Source: a bacterium (GTDB lineage Bacteria > Electryoneota > JAOADG01). Taken from it: DNA of 64,000 bases. The position numbers were made by a program, and so were the translations under genes. The notes under the pieces are model-generated. The model was not told the DNA's origin, searched no databases, and was given only the letters and a program-made list of their open reading frames with translations. Below are positions 52,801 through 61,457 of the stretch, piece after piece. Where the stretch lies: NCBI GenBank assembly GCA_026417415.1, contig JAOADG010000008.1, forward strand, positions 579,612 to 643,611, in the 5' to 3' direction. Positions within the stretch are counted from its first letter, which is position 1. The number at the start of each line of letters is the position of its first letter.

Positions 52801-53389
52801 GTTAGAAGATTATAAATTAGAACTGGATTTATTTACTGATTCTTATTTAGTTGATGGTACATCTTGGAATAAAAAAAGAATCAAAATGGGTTGCATCATT
52901 AAAAGTAAAAACCTACGTACAAACCAAAAAAATGGCAATAACTACGGTGTTTTAACTATAGAAGATTACTTTGGTGATCATGGAGATGTTTTTGTGAACG
53001 ATACAAAATTAAATTTGATCAAAGATGTTAATGTAGGTGATTATGTATTTATTGAAGCAATTGGTAATTATAGTGATAATGATCGTTTTATACGAATGTT
53101 TTTAGAAAAAATAATCCCATTAACTGAAGTTTTAAATAAATTTACTAAATCTGTTAGAATTGAGCTTTTAATTGACGAAATCAATGAAGATTTTTTACTA
53201 AGATTTCAAAACTTTGTTTATCAAAACGATGGTGATGTAGAATTAGAATTAGTCATTCGTGATCAAGATAATATTGGTAGGCAATTTATTTTACACTCTG
53301 AAAACTTAAAAATTCAATTAAATAAACATTCATACAATATACTGAAAAGTTTTTCAAGCCAAGGCAAAGTCGAACTACTCAGATATTAA
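49880..53389 (+). CDS. dnaE: DNA polymerase III alpha subunit
   Basis: The N-terminal PHP domain (YHLRVRSDYSIL), the polymerase core (GPGRGSVAGS, the FNKSH motif) and an OB-fold region are present. The protein is about 1170 aa. Confidence 0.9.
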   Translation: MMSKKKYYHLRVRSDYSILSAVPTVEELVDFASDMGVEKLALTDLGVMFGAFQFQSKCQDCNPSIRPIHGIEICLKRNEIGKTFQVIIFPKTEVGYRTICKMTDNYFRDVKHLPPLCLPVTDLFEHAEQFVVLSGFEDSEFYPHLLNGDFQAAKKIVQEWHSIFGDDFYIELQDLGREEDKIMFDEVFRLSQDTGIKAVITNPVYYLKKEDAIALELLKFIDQKVKVTNFLEHYQPETNQAYFKTEEEMYSFFKGYEEQLERTVEIAEKLHFQLQTQTPQMPNFPIPQDYSPENLEYFEKYGNTIELIDYYFIDQVIKGLLHRKKVITEEYKKRIDKEIDVIVTKKFSRYYLVVADFIHAARKNNILVGPGRGSVAGSLAAYALSITHLDPIEYKLIFERFLNPDRASAPDMDIDFADSRRKEVIDYVKAKYGEEVVCKVTAFNRMKLKAAIKDVGRIFNLQEVQLNKYSNLFSKVEPPEDLGHDLSIQEAIELSEELKNSYKNDEVFRKVVDFAKYIQGRIRGITTHAAGVLIAPTKISDFIPVYRVDELTLLSQFDKDVIESAGLLKMDMLGLTMLTVIDDTLHLIRSNPQYKDLLDDNGQFDLNKIPLDDSKTYELFGQGKTNGIFQFESNGMKKWLVQLKPNRLEDLIAMNALFRPGPMAEIPNYIQSKHGKKEITYLHPLLEPILKDTYGVIVYQEHVMQIAVDVAGFTMSEADILRKVISKKKKSDLNKHLENKFIQGAIKNGLTEDQAKTLFDLIEKFSNYGFNKSHSAGYAYLAYLTGYLKAHFPKEYLAAALTRNSSKPDRLKTLISEVRQLNVELLPPDINDSDVHFKPLQKGIRYGLGAIKQVGEKTARSVIEEREKKGKYKSFSDFILRNVPSNCNRKVVEALIKSGALDQFGERASLLATLDEMISYCSKKRLHHASEIVFTEDETFQIAEPKLRNVTSASLKQLLEWELEFLFYYASGHPLEDYKLELDLFTDSYLVDGTSWNKKRIKMGCIIKSKNLRTNQKNGNNYGVLTIEDYFGDHGDVFVNDTKLNLIKDVNVGDYVFIEAIGNYSDNDRFIRMFLEKIIPLTEVLNKFTKSVRIELLIDEINEDFLLRFQNFVYQNDGDVELELVIRDQDNIGRQFILHSENLKIQLNKHSYNILKSFSSQGKVELLRY

Positions 53390-53390
53390 T

Positions 53391-53852
53391 ATGGTAGTGG
53401 TTGTACAACGAGTGTTCAATGCAAAAGTTGGAGTTTCTGAAAAAATTGTTTCGGAAATTTCAAAGGGCTTGCTTTGTTACGTATCTTATCGTAGTAGTGA
53501 TGATGAAAATGTGTTTAGATGGATAATCCATAAAATTCTCAATTTGAGAATTTTCCCAAATGATGAAACAAGTGATCGATTTGATTTATCTGTAAAAGAT
53601 GTACATGGCGAAATTTTAGTGATATCTAATTTTACTTTACATGCAAATTGTAAAAAAGGATTACGTCCAGATTTTATTCAAGCTTCGTCTCCTATTTTAG
53701 CGAGAGAACAGCATCAACAATTTTTAACGATGTTATCAACGCAATATCCTTTGTGTAAAGATGGACAATTTGGTGCATTGATGAATGTTTCTTCTATCAA
53801 TTACGGACCAGTTACAATTATTTTAAGTTATGGCGAGGGTGATTCTATCTAA
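53391..53852 (+). CDS. dtd: D-aminoacyl-tRNA deacylase
   Basis: The protein begins MVVVVQRV and has the SNFTL and GQFGALMNVS...NYGPVT motifs. Confidence 0.85.
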   Translation: MVVVVQRVFNAKVGVSEKIVSEISKGLLCYVSYRSSDDENVFRWIIHKILNLRIFPNDETSDRFDLSVKDVHGEILVISNFTLHANCKKGLRPDFIQASSPILAREQHQQFLTMLSTQYPLCKDGQFGALMNVSSINYGPVTIILSYGEGDSI

Positions 53853-54430
53853 TGATCGGTTTTGTTGAAGTAACAGTAATCGGAATAACTATCTCCCAAT
53901 ATGTTCAACATTATGGAGTACTGCTTCAGGATAAAACTCCAGAAGAACGACTCTTAACTATTTTTATTGGTGCTGCTGAAGCGCAAACGATAAGGAATCT
54001 ATTACAACAGATTCAATCTCCCAGACCTTTGACGTATGATTTAATCAAAAACATTTTAACAGTTAGCGGAATTACAGTCAAACAGGTTCTCATTACGGAG
54101 CTTAAAGATGATGTATTTTATGCCGAGATCTACTTGGATGTTCAAGGTGAGGAACGTGTAATTGATGCTAGACCTTCGGATGCCATTGCTTATGCATTAA
54201 AGTGGAAGGTTCCGATTTATGTATCTGAAGCTGTAATGCAGGAAGCCGGTTTTTCTAAAAAAAGTGAAATCATATTAAAGTCTGAGGAAGATGAAAAAGA
54301 AAAACAGAAACGAGAAATCAATGCCTTAAAACAGTTGTTAAATGAACTGATTTCTCAAGAAAAATTCGAAGAAGCTGTTGTTATCCGTGATCGTATCAAG
54401 AAGTTAGAAGGAAATATCCAAGATGAGTGA
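53852..54430 (+). CDS. Bifunctional nuclease (BFN/DUF151) family protein with a C-terminal UVR motif
   Basis: The DUF151 core (..YAEIYLD...IDARPSDAIAYAL) is followed by a UvrB/C-like helix (EEAVVIRDRIKKLE). Confidence 0.75.
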   Translation: MIGFVEVTVIGITISQYVQHYGVLLQDKTPEERLLTIFIGAAEAQTIRNLLQQIQSPRPLTYDLIKNILTVSGITVKQVLITELKDDVFYAEIYLDVQGEERVIDARPSDAIAYALKWKVPIYVSEAVMQEAGFSKKSEIILKSEEDEKEKQKREINALKQLLNELISQEKFEEAVVIRDRIKKLEGNIQDE

Positions 54431-54710
54431 CCAGAATAGTCCACTATTTTTGACACTTGTCTATCAATTTCAACATCTTGCAATGGTAGCATTAGGAAAA
54501 CTCCCTGGGCCTGATGGAAAAATTGGCCCAATCGATTTAGATGCTGTTCAATTTTCGATACAAATGCTAGAGATGTTAGAGAAAAAATGTAAAGGTAATT
54601 TAACAAATGATGAAGAAAGAATTTTGCAAAATGAGCTTACCAATTTACGACTTAATTATGTAGAAGAATATAATAAATCAACTTCAAAGAATGCTGCAGA
54701 AACAAAGTAA
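54423..54710 (+). CDS. DUF1844-like small protein
   Basis: LVYQFQHLAMVALGKLPGPDGKIGPIDLDAVQFSIQMLEML resembles DUF1844. The ATGA overlaps the BFN gene. Confidence 0.55.
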   Translation: MSDQNSPLFLTLVYQFQHLAMVALGKLPGPDGKIGPIDLDAVQFSIQMLEMLEKKCKGNLTNDEERILQNELTNLRLNYVEEYNKSTSKNAAETK

Positions 54711-55599
54711 AAGTACCAATTTTCAGTTTCTGCAAAATAGTCGTTATAAAGATAACGACTATTTTGTTTTTTTTCGTTTAATACGGATAGAAAACTGTCT
54801 AATAGCATCAGCCGCACTTCTTTTAGGAAATACATTAGCCGATGGGATCATATCAGTGAAGGTTATTCATGGGATGATCGCGGCTTTTTTTTTAACGGCA
54901 GCTAGCAATATTCACAATGACTACTTAGATTATCAAGTAGACAAAATCAATCGCCCTGAAAGACCGTTGCCTAAAGGAAAGTTCTCTATGAAATGGACAG
55001 TATTGTTCAGTATACTATTTTATTCATTGGGGTTATGTGTCACTTTTTTTTGGGAATGGAAGTATACGCTTTTTTATTTGCTCTTAGTTGTATTGTCATT
55101 GTGGTATAATATGGTTGGAAAAAAAATTGCAATAATTGGAAATATTACAATTGCATTTTTTGGGGCTTTAGTTCCGTTTATGGGTGCGATGATTGCTGAA
55201 AATGTAGCAAAAGGAGTTTTTCCCGCTTTATTGGTTTTTATTGTATTTTTAGCACGTGAAATTGCTAAAGATATGGATGATAAAGAAGGTGATCTATTCA
55301 ATAGTATCAAAACAATTGCATTTTATTTGAATGACCATCAAGTTCAAATGATTTTAATTGGTTTAAATTGTATTGTGGTAGTTGTTTTAACATTAAAATT
55401 TTTCTTCTATAATTCATACTTTGGAATCATTAATTCTACGTTATTTTTTTTAATTATAGGACTATTCGGATTTATGATTTATCAATTTTATAAATATCCA
55501 AAAAAAAAGAAAACTTTTTGGCGATTCACAGCTAATTTGTATAAACTGGTTTTAGTTGTAGGAATTTTGTTTTTGTTGTCTCATTATTATCAAGTGTAA
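54691..55599 (+). CDS. UbiA-family prenyltransferase (archaeal DGGGP-synthase-like N-terminal motif). True start uncertain.
   Basis: The Asp-rich motif NDYLDYQVDKINRPERPLP and 7-8 TM segments are present. The N-terminus RLIRIENCLIASAALLLG resembles the RP-x-NC leader of DGGGPS / UbiA enzymes. The ATG at 54691 lies before the internal terminator. There is no canonical start between the terminator and the conserved motif. Confidence 0.75.
   Translation: MLQKQSKSTNFQFLQNSRYKDNDYFVFFRLIRIENCLIASAALLLGNTLADGIISVKVIHGMIAAFFLTAASNIHNDYLDYQVDKINRPERPLPKGKFSMKWTVLFSILFYSLGLCVTFFWEWKYTLFYLLLVVLSLWYNMVGKKIAIIGNITIAFFGALVPFMGAMIAENVAKGVFPALLVFIVFLAREIAKDMDDKEGDLFNSIKTIAFYLNDHQVQMILIGLNCIVVVVLTLKFFFYNSYFGIINSTLFFLIIGLFGFMIYQFYKYPKKKKTFWRFTANLYKLVLVVGILFLLSHYYQV
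54695..54774 (+). terminator. Tandem hairpins: a 9-bp stem with a 22-nt loop (54695-54734), then a strong intrinsic terminator (54733-54774)
   Basis: TGCAGAAAC (54695-703) pairs with GTTTCTGCA (54726-34). Then CAAA-ATAGTCGTTAT-AAAG-ATAACGACTAT-TTTG (54733-66), a perfect 11-bp core extended to ~15 bp, is followed by TTTTTTTT (54767-74). Confidence 0.7.
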
Positions 55600-56166
55600 A
55601 TGAAATTAATTTTAGCAAGTTCTTCACCGCGTCGTTCCGAAATCTTATACAAAATTGGTTTAACCCATGAGATAATTCAACCAAATGTACCAGAAGAGAG
55701 AAAAGCAAATGAAACTATACAAGAGCACGTGGTTCGTTTGTCTAAAGAAAAAGTTCAATTCGTTGCAAATAATGTAAATGAAGACGCGTTCATTCTTGGT
55801 GCTGATACAATGGTGGTACTTGAAGATAAATGGTTGGGAAAACCATCAAATGAAGAAGAGGCCTTTCAAATTCTATCACTTTTATCCGGTAAAAGTCATT
55901 TGGTTTATACAGGATTTACTATTTTGTACAATAAGTACAACAAAATCATATCAGATTACGAGGTTACTAAAGTTTTTTTCAAAACACTTCAACCAGATGA
56001 AATTTGTGAGTATATTTTAACAGGCGAGCCATTCGACAAAGCAGGTGCATATGGATTTCAAGGTTTTGGAGCAAGGTACATTTATCGTATAGAAGGATGC
56101 TTTTACAACGTTATGGGATTACCCGCATCTAAAGTTTATGAGGCATTGAAAACACTTGAATGGTAA
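55600..56166 (+). CDS. maf: Maf-like nucleoside triphosphate pyrophosphatase
   Basis: The protein begins MKLILASSSPRRSEIL and has Maf motifs (GADTMV, the KAGAYGFQG-like FDKAGAYGFQG). Confidence 0.85.
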   Translation: MKLILASSSPRRSEILYKIGLTHEIIQPNVPEERKANETIQEHVVRLSKEKVQFVANNVNEDAFILGADTMVVLEDKWLGKPSNEEEAFQILSLLSGKSHLVYTGFTILYNKYNKIISDYEVTKVFFKTLQPDEICEYILTGEPFDKAGAYGFQGFGARYIYRIEGCFYNVMGLPASKVYEALKTLEW

Positions 56167-56662
56167 CAAAAAGAAGCAATTAAGTTTGTTTTTTGAGGAA
56201 CCAAAAGAAGAACATACTCGCAAAAATAGATCGAGTAAACGCACCGCTACAACTTCACGTTTAACCTTTAAATTAGTCACTATTCCTGAAGAAGAACAAC
56301 AAAATAAAAATCCTTACGATTTAAAAGAGCTAAGAGAAAAATGGAATTATTCTGTTGAAGATGTTCATAATCTTACCAAAATACCGATTAAACACCTCAT
56401 TGCATTAGAATCTGGTGAAAGAACGTTTTTACCACCAATTCATGTTCGTGCGTTTTTAAGAACTTTAGGTAATTTATACAATGTAGATTGGAAATTATTG
56501 AATCCACCTGAAGCAACCATTCCTCCTTTACCTGAAATCCGAACACTAGATGAAATAGGGTCCGAAGAAGTAAAACCTACCTTTTGGCAATCATTACTGA
56601 TATTTTTAATTGACCTCCCTAAAAAAGTGTATAAAAAATTTTTTTCAAAAATAGATCAATAA
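56156..56662 (+). CDS. RodZ-like helix-turn-helix domain protein (cytoplasmic HTH only)
   Basis: LKELREKWNYSVEDVHNLTKIPIKHLIALESGERTFLPPIHVRAFLRTLGNLYNVD matches the RodZ/HTH_25 N-terminal domain. It sits immediately upstream of ispG, as rodZ does in E. coli. The ORF has no ATG or Met anywhere, so it must start at a TTG (56156). Confidence 0.6.
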   Translation: MNGNKKKQLSLFFEEPKEEHTRKNRSSKRTATTSRLTFKLVTIPEEEQQNKNPYDLKELREKWNYSVEDVHNLTKIPIKHLIALESGERTFLPPIHVRAFLRTLGNLYNVDWKLLNPPEATIPPLPEIRTLDEIGSEEVKPTFWQSLLIFLIDLPKKVYKKFFSKIDQ

Positions 56663-56745
56663 TTTTAATCAGAGAATTTCTGCATTAGATTTCTTGTTTA
56701 AATTCTAAATCAGTATTTTTTGTAAGAAATAAAAATGGGGGATTA

Positions 56746-57855
56746 TTGAAAAAGAGGAGAAGATCCCGAGAAGTTCAAATTGGTAATATTACAATTGGTG
56801 GCAATCATCGAATTGCTGTCCAATCTATGACTATGACCAATACTTCAGATGTCGCAGCTACTGTCGCTGAGATTAAACGATTAGAAGCGGTTCATTGTGA
56901 TATTATTCGCGTTACAGTACCCGATCAAGATGCAGTAAATGCCCTACCTGAAATTAAAAAGCAAATAACAATTCCTTTAGTCGCAGACATCCATTTCAAC
57001 TATAGAATTGCCTTAAAAGCATTGGAAACAAATGCGATTGATAAAATCCGAATCAATCCAGGCAATATAGGAGGTGTTGATCGTTTTCGCGAAGTTATTC
57101 GTGAAGCTAAAGCAAGGAACATTCCTATACGTGTAGGTGTTAATAGCGGTTCATTAGAAGACGATTTAGTGGAAAAATACAAAGGCGTTACACCTCAAGG
57201 AATTGTTGAATCAGCAATGCGTCAAGTTGAAATCTTAGGAGAAGAGGATTACCACAATGTAGTTTTTTCATTAAAAGCTACAGATGTTCCATTTATGATT
57301 GAAAGCTATCGTGGATTTGCTGCACTTACAGATTACCCTTTGCATTTAGGAGTTACTGAAGCGGGACCAAAAGGGAGTGGTACTATCAAATCTGCAATTG
57401 GTATAGGTGCCCTATTAGCGGATGGTATTGGCGATACCATTCGAGTTAGCTTAACTGCAGACGTTATCGAAGAGGTGAAAACAGGTTTTCAAATTCTTCG
57501 CGCTTTAAATTTGTATAATGATGGAATTAATATCATTGCTTGCCCCACATGTGGCAGAATTCAAGTAAACTTAGTCAAGTTAGTGCAAGAGATTGAAGAG
57601 CGAGTAGCAACGATCAAAAAATCTCTCAATGTTGCCATTATGGGGTGTGCTGTAAATGGTCCTGGTGAAGCAAGAGAAGCTGATATAGGAATTGCTTGTG
57701 GAAAAGGGTCTGGTTTGCTTTTTGTGAATGGTAAAGTAGTAAGAAAAGTAAAAGAAGAAGAAATTGTTGATGTTCTAATTCAAGAAATTGAAGAATGGGA
57801 ACCCAATCAAAATAATTACGAACAAAATGCGAATAATATAATTTTGATGGAGTGA
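56746..57855 (+). CDS. ispG: 4-hydroxy-3-methylbut-2-en-1-yl diphosphate synthase (flavodoxin)
   Basis: A TTG start gives MKKRRRSREVQIGNITIGGNHRIAVQSMT..., which matches the GcpE N-terminus. Downstream motifs include PLVADIHF and the C-terminal CPTCGR Fe-S motif. Confidence 0.9.
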   Translation: MKKRRRSREVQIGNITIGGNHRIAVQSMTMTNTSDVAATVAEIKRLEAVHCDIIRVTVPDQDAVNALPEIKKQITIPLVADIHFNYRIALKALETNAIDKIRINPGNIGGVDRFREVIREAKARNIPIRVGVNSGSLEDDLVEKYKGVTPQGIVESAMRQVEILGEEDYHNVVFSLKATDVPFMIESYRGFAALTDYPLHLGVTEAGPKGSGTIKSAIGIGALLADGIGDTIRVSLTADVIEEVKTGFQILRALNLYNDGINIIACPTCGRIQVNLVKLVQEIEERVATIKKSLNVAIMGCAVNGPGEAREADIGIACGKGSGLLFVNGKVVRKVKEEEIVDVLIQEIEEWEPNQNNYEQNANNIILME

Positions 57856-57869
57856 GCAAAGAGGGTATA

Positions 57870-60800
57870 ATGCAAAAATTTGTGTATGTTTTTATACTGA
57901 TTATTGTGTGCGTGGTAAACGCAAGTCCATGGCAAGGTTTAGATGAAGGGTTTTCCGTGATCTTTTCTAATGAAGATAGTATTCGATTGTCTTGGTCTTC
58001 TTCAAACGTAAATGTTGCTTATATACGTTATTTGCAAAGAGAAAATCCCGATATTGATGAATGGAATGCTTCTACTTGGATAGCGATTCCACGTGGAAAA
58101 ATTGCACAACTGCAAACAGTTGCCAATTTTCCATCAAATGGAACTGTTTATTTAGGCGATCCTGTCTGTTTTCGTGATTTGTGGATGGTACCTCTTTCTA
58201 TTCAACTTTTATCCCCCACTATCGCAGAAGGAAATGTTACTTTCGGTACAATTAGTATCCGTTTCGTAAACAGCACTTTTGCACCTCAACCATTAACACG
58301 TGGCGTTTCAAGTTATTTTCTTCCCATTTATACAACACTCGTTCCCAATTTTTTTGATGTATATCCAACCGCAAATATTACTCTGCCTCCAAAAGTAATT
58401 GCCATAACTACCTCTAACTTGGTGAATAGTTTGACAGGATGGGTAAATTGGAGAAAAAAACTAGGTTGGAATGTACAAGTAGTACCTTTATCGTCTATTG
58501 GTTCTACTGCACAATCAATCAGAAATTGGTTGCTAACACAATACAATTCTTCACAACCCCCTGATGCAGTTTTTTTAGTAGGTGATGAAACACAAATTCC
58601 TACGTATTATTCAAATACTTCGGACCCGACCACAATTTTTAGTAGTGAAAGTTATCCAGGCAATTACATTGATGAACATTTTTATGCAAGATTAGAAGGC
58701 CCATTATGGCAGAATCATCCAGATCCAATGCCTGATCTATTAATAGGTAGAATGACAGTAGCTAATCCTACGGAAGTTCTAACACAAGCAAATAAGATTG
58801 TATCCTACGAATCAAATCCAGATCAATCAAATTGGTACAACTATGGAGTGGTAGCATCAGATCAACAGACAATCACTCAAATCAATACAAAACGTTGGAC
58901 TAGACAAAGAATGCTTGAAAATGGATATCTTGCTGTTGATTCATTGTTTACTGCAGGATCTGGTACATTGTTGAATGGTTATCTCAATCAAGGTCGTTCG
59001 CTTTTAAATTATCGTGGTTCTGGATGGGCATTTGGTTGGGCAGGAATTGGATATTATTACACTTACATTAGTCAAGTGGACAATGTGAATAAACCAGTTG
59101 TAATTACAGGAATGGGTTGTGGTGTGGGAAAATTTGATGAACCCAATTGTTTTGGCGAAGCATGGATGCGTCAAGGGTCCATTTCAGTTTCTAAAGGTTC
59201 TGTAGGATTTATTGGTCCTACATGGAATACCCATACACAATTCAACAATACGATGGATGTTGGATTGTACAGGATGTGGTTTAGATCCTATCTGAATGGT
59301 TTAGCTTCAGGTCTAATCGGAGCAGACGCTCAAGTGTTATCTAGTTTTGCTGCATACTCGCCCCAAGATTCCAACATTCGTGAAGTATTAAAAACTCAAA
59401 TTTCAGAATATGTTTGTCTTTCAGATCCATTACTCAATGTTCACTTAGGACGTCCCGATTCAATTGTAGTGACTGCTCCATCCATGCTGACTGTTGGTAC
59501 TCAAAATGTGACGATCCATGTCACAAATGTCAATCAGCAACCACGAATACAACAATTTGTTACCATCTATGATACTTCAGGCATCAATTTAGGTTCAGGT
59601 TGGACCAATGCTCAAGGAAATGCAAATTTTACAATCAATATTCCAAATCATTTGACTGTTGTCGGTATAGCAGTGAGTGGATATAAAAGTAGAGTATATC
59701 GTTCACTTATTCCCGTTAATCAAAATCTGTTGTTTGTTAGTATTGATAGTTTAATAGTTCGTGATTCGATTGGAATCATAGATGCACATTTATCTCCTGG
59801 CGAAACTGCTAATTTGTCAGTCAAGATAACGAATATATCGCAAGTCAATGGTACAAATCTACAGTTTTTAGCAGTTTCCTCTTCTCAAGAATTAAACCTA
59901 TTGTACAATCAAGTTAACATACCATTTCTTTCACCGAATGATTCAATAAGAATAGAATTCCCTGTTGTTTTATCTCCACAATATCGAGGAAATTCAATTT
60001 TACGTTTAACGATTACTGGATTTTTTAATAATGATACCATAGCATACACTACATTAGAAATACCGACCCATTATCCTACCATTCAAATAGAAAATGTGTT
60101 GATTGATACGACTGGAAATTTTCGTTTGGATCGGGGTGAAACAGTACCATTACAATTTATTCTTTCTAATGATAACCAACTAGATATCTATCAATTGCAA
60201 GTCAACTTGTCCACAAATGAAGGATACATCAGTGTTACACCGAATACATTAAATTTTGATACATTATTGAGGAATTCTGTTGTTGTACCAATTGTACCTT
60301 TGAGTATAACGGGTAGTGATACATTACCTGCTTACTTTCCAGCACAAATGCAGTTTATTGTTTCTGTATCTTTTCCTACTTGGGTATTTATAGATACTTT
60401 AAGATACCATTTTCTTGCTGGGACTATTGATTCTACTGCACCTAGTTATACTCCTAATCAACCTTATTATGCTTATGAATCGGACGATACATTATATACT
60501 GAAAGCTTAGAATTTGATTGGTTGGATATAGCACCAAGGAATGGGGGAAACGGAAATCTTGTCAACTTCACTAATGGTAACCAAGTTCTTGAAGTTGCAC
60601 TTCCATTTTCGTTTCGTTATTTCGGACAAGTCTATCAATCGGTTTCAGTGAGTACTGATGGATGGGTAGCCCCCGGAAGACAGTTACAACCCAGTTGGTT
60701 GAATCAATTCCTTCCGAATGGGAATGATAGCATATTAGGTATGATATGCCCTTGGTGGGATAATCTTTGGGGATTTTCTCAAAGCGGTCAATCTTGCTAT

Positions 60801-61445
60801 ACGTTTTATGATACACTCAATCATCTATTTATTATCCAATGGGATAGTGTCACCGTAGGGGCAAATGGTGGGAATCGCTTGAATTTCCAAATGATTATTT
60901 ATGATGAGAATTTTTATCCAACGATTACGGGTGACAACGCTTTTGATTTTGTATATAAAAGTTTTCAAGGGGAAATCGTCTATTCTATGACGGTCGGAAT
61001 TGAAAGTCCAGACGAAACAATTGCGTTGATGTTAGCATACCATCTAAACCGTGATTCCACTTTGCATAGGTTCCATAATCAGAAGAGAATTCATTTTACT
61101 CCGAATCTACCGAGAATACGTTCGTTTACAAACGTTAAAAGCAACGGTCACCATAGATTAAATGCATTACAGACAATACCTACTTCTTTTGATATTGTTT
61201 CAATATTCCCCAATCCATTTAATGCTGAAACAAATATTTTACTATCGTTACCTTGGAATCAAAAGGTTCGATTAGACATTTACAATGTTTTAGGTAGAAA
61301 AGTACATACCGTTTTTGAAGGAGATTTAATTCAAGGATATCACCAATTTTCTATTTCTTCAATTCAATTCGGCAGTGGAATGTATTACCTTATAGCAGAA
61401 ACGTCTAGACAAAGAATTGTTAAAAAGTTAATGCTAGTGAAGTAA
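57870..61445 (+). CDS. Peptidase C25 (gingipain-like) family protein with a T9SS C-terminal sorting domain
   Basis: An AAAGAGGG RBS precedes the start. A signal peptide is followed by a C25-like catalytic region (the His block ..NYRGSGWAFGW and the Cys block VVITGMGCGVGKF), Ig-like domains and a C-terminal T9SS tail (FPNPFNAET...GMYYLIAETS...KLMLVK). The protein is about 1190 aa. Confidence 0.75.
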   Translation: MQKFVYVFILIIVCVVNASPWQGLDEGFSVIFSNEDSIRLSWSSSNVNVAYIRYLQRENPDIDEWNASTWIAIPRGKIAQLQTVANFPSNGTVYLGDPVCFRDLWMVPLSIQLLSPTIAEGNVTFGTISIRFVNSTFAPQPLTRGVSSYFLPIYTTLVPNFFDVYPTANITLPPKVIAITTSNLVNSLTGWVNWRKKLGWNVQVVPLSSIGSTAQSIRNWLLTQYNSSQPPDAVFLVGDETQIPTYYSNTSDPTTIFSSESYPGNYIDEHFYARLEGPLWQNHPDPMPDLLIGRMTVANPTEVLTQANKIVSYESNPDQSNWYNYGVVASDQQTITQINTKRWTRQRMLENGYLAVDSLFTAGSGTLLNGYLNQGRSLLNYRGSGWAFGWAGIGYYYTYISQVDNVNKPVVITGMGCGVGKFDEPNCFGEAWMRQGSISVSKGSVGFIGPTWNTHTQFNNTMDVGLYRMWFRSYLNGLASGLIGADAQVLSSFAAYSPQDSNIREVLKTQISEYVCLSDPLLNVHLGRPDSIVVTAPSMLTVGTQNVTIHVTNVNQQPRIQQFVTIYDTSGINLGSGWTNAQGNANFTINIPNHLTVVGIAVSGYKSRVYRSLIPVNQNLLFVSIDSLIVRDSIGIIDAHLSPGETANLSVKITNISQVNGTNLQFLAVSSSQELNLLYNQVNIPFLSPNDSIRIEFPVVLSPQYRGNSILRLTITGFFNNDTIAYTTLEIPTHYPTIQIENVLIDTTGNFRLDRGETVPLQFILSNDNQLDIYQLQVNLSTNEGYISVTPNTLNFDTLLRNSVVVPIVPLSITGSDTLPAYFPAQMQFIVSVSFPTWVFIDTLRYHFLAGTIDSTAPSYTPNQPYYAYESDDTLYTESLEFDWLDIAPRNGGNGNLVNFTNGNQVLEVALPFSFRYFGQVYQSVSVSTDGWVAPGRQLQPSWLNQFLPNGNDSILGMICPWWDNLWGFSQSGQSCYTFYDTLNHLFIIQWDSVTVGANGGNRLNFQMIIYDENFYPTITGDNAFDFVYKSFQGEIVYSMTVGIESPDETIALMLAYHLNRDSTLHRFHNQKRIHFTPNLPRIRSFTNVKSNGHHRLNALQTIPTSFDIVSIFPNPFNAETNILLSLPWNQKVRLDIYNVLGRKVHTVFEGDLIQGYHQFSISSIQFGSGMYYLIAETSRQRIVKKLMLVK

Positions 61446-61457
61446 GTTTTTTTGACA

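Noticed and set aside
56663-56745. Imperfect inverted repeats (TTAGATTTC...AATTCTAAATC) in the 83-nt gap upstream of ispG, considered as a regulatory RNA
   Set aside because: The pairing is imperfect and AT-rich, and no known motif is recognisable. I noted it but did not call it.
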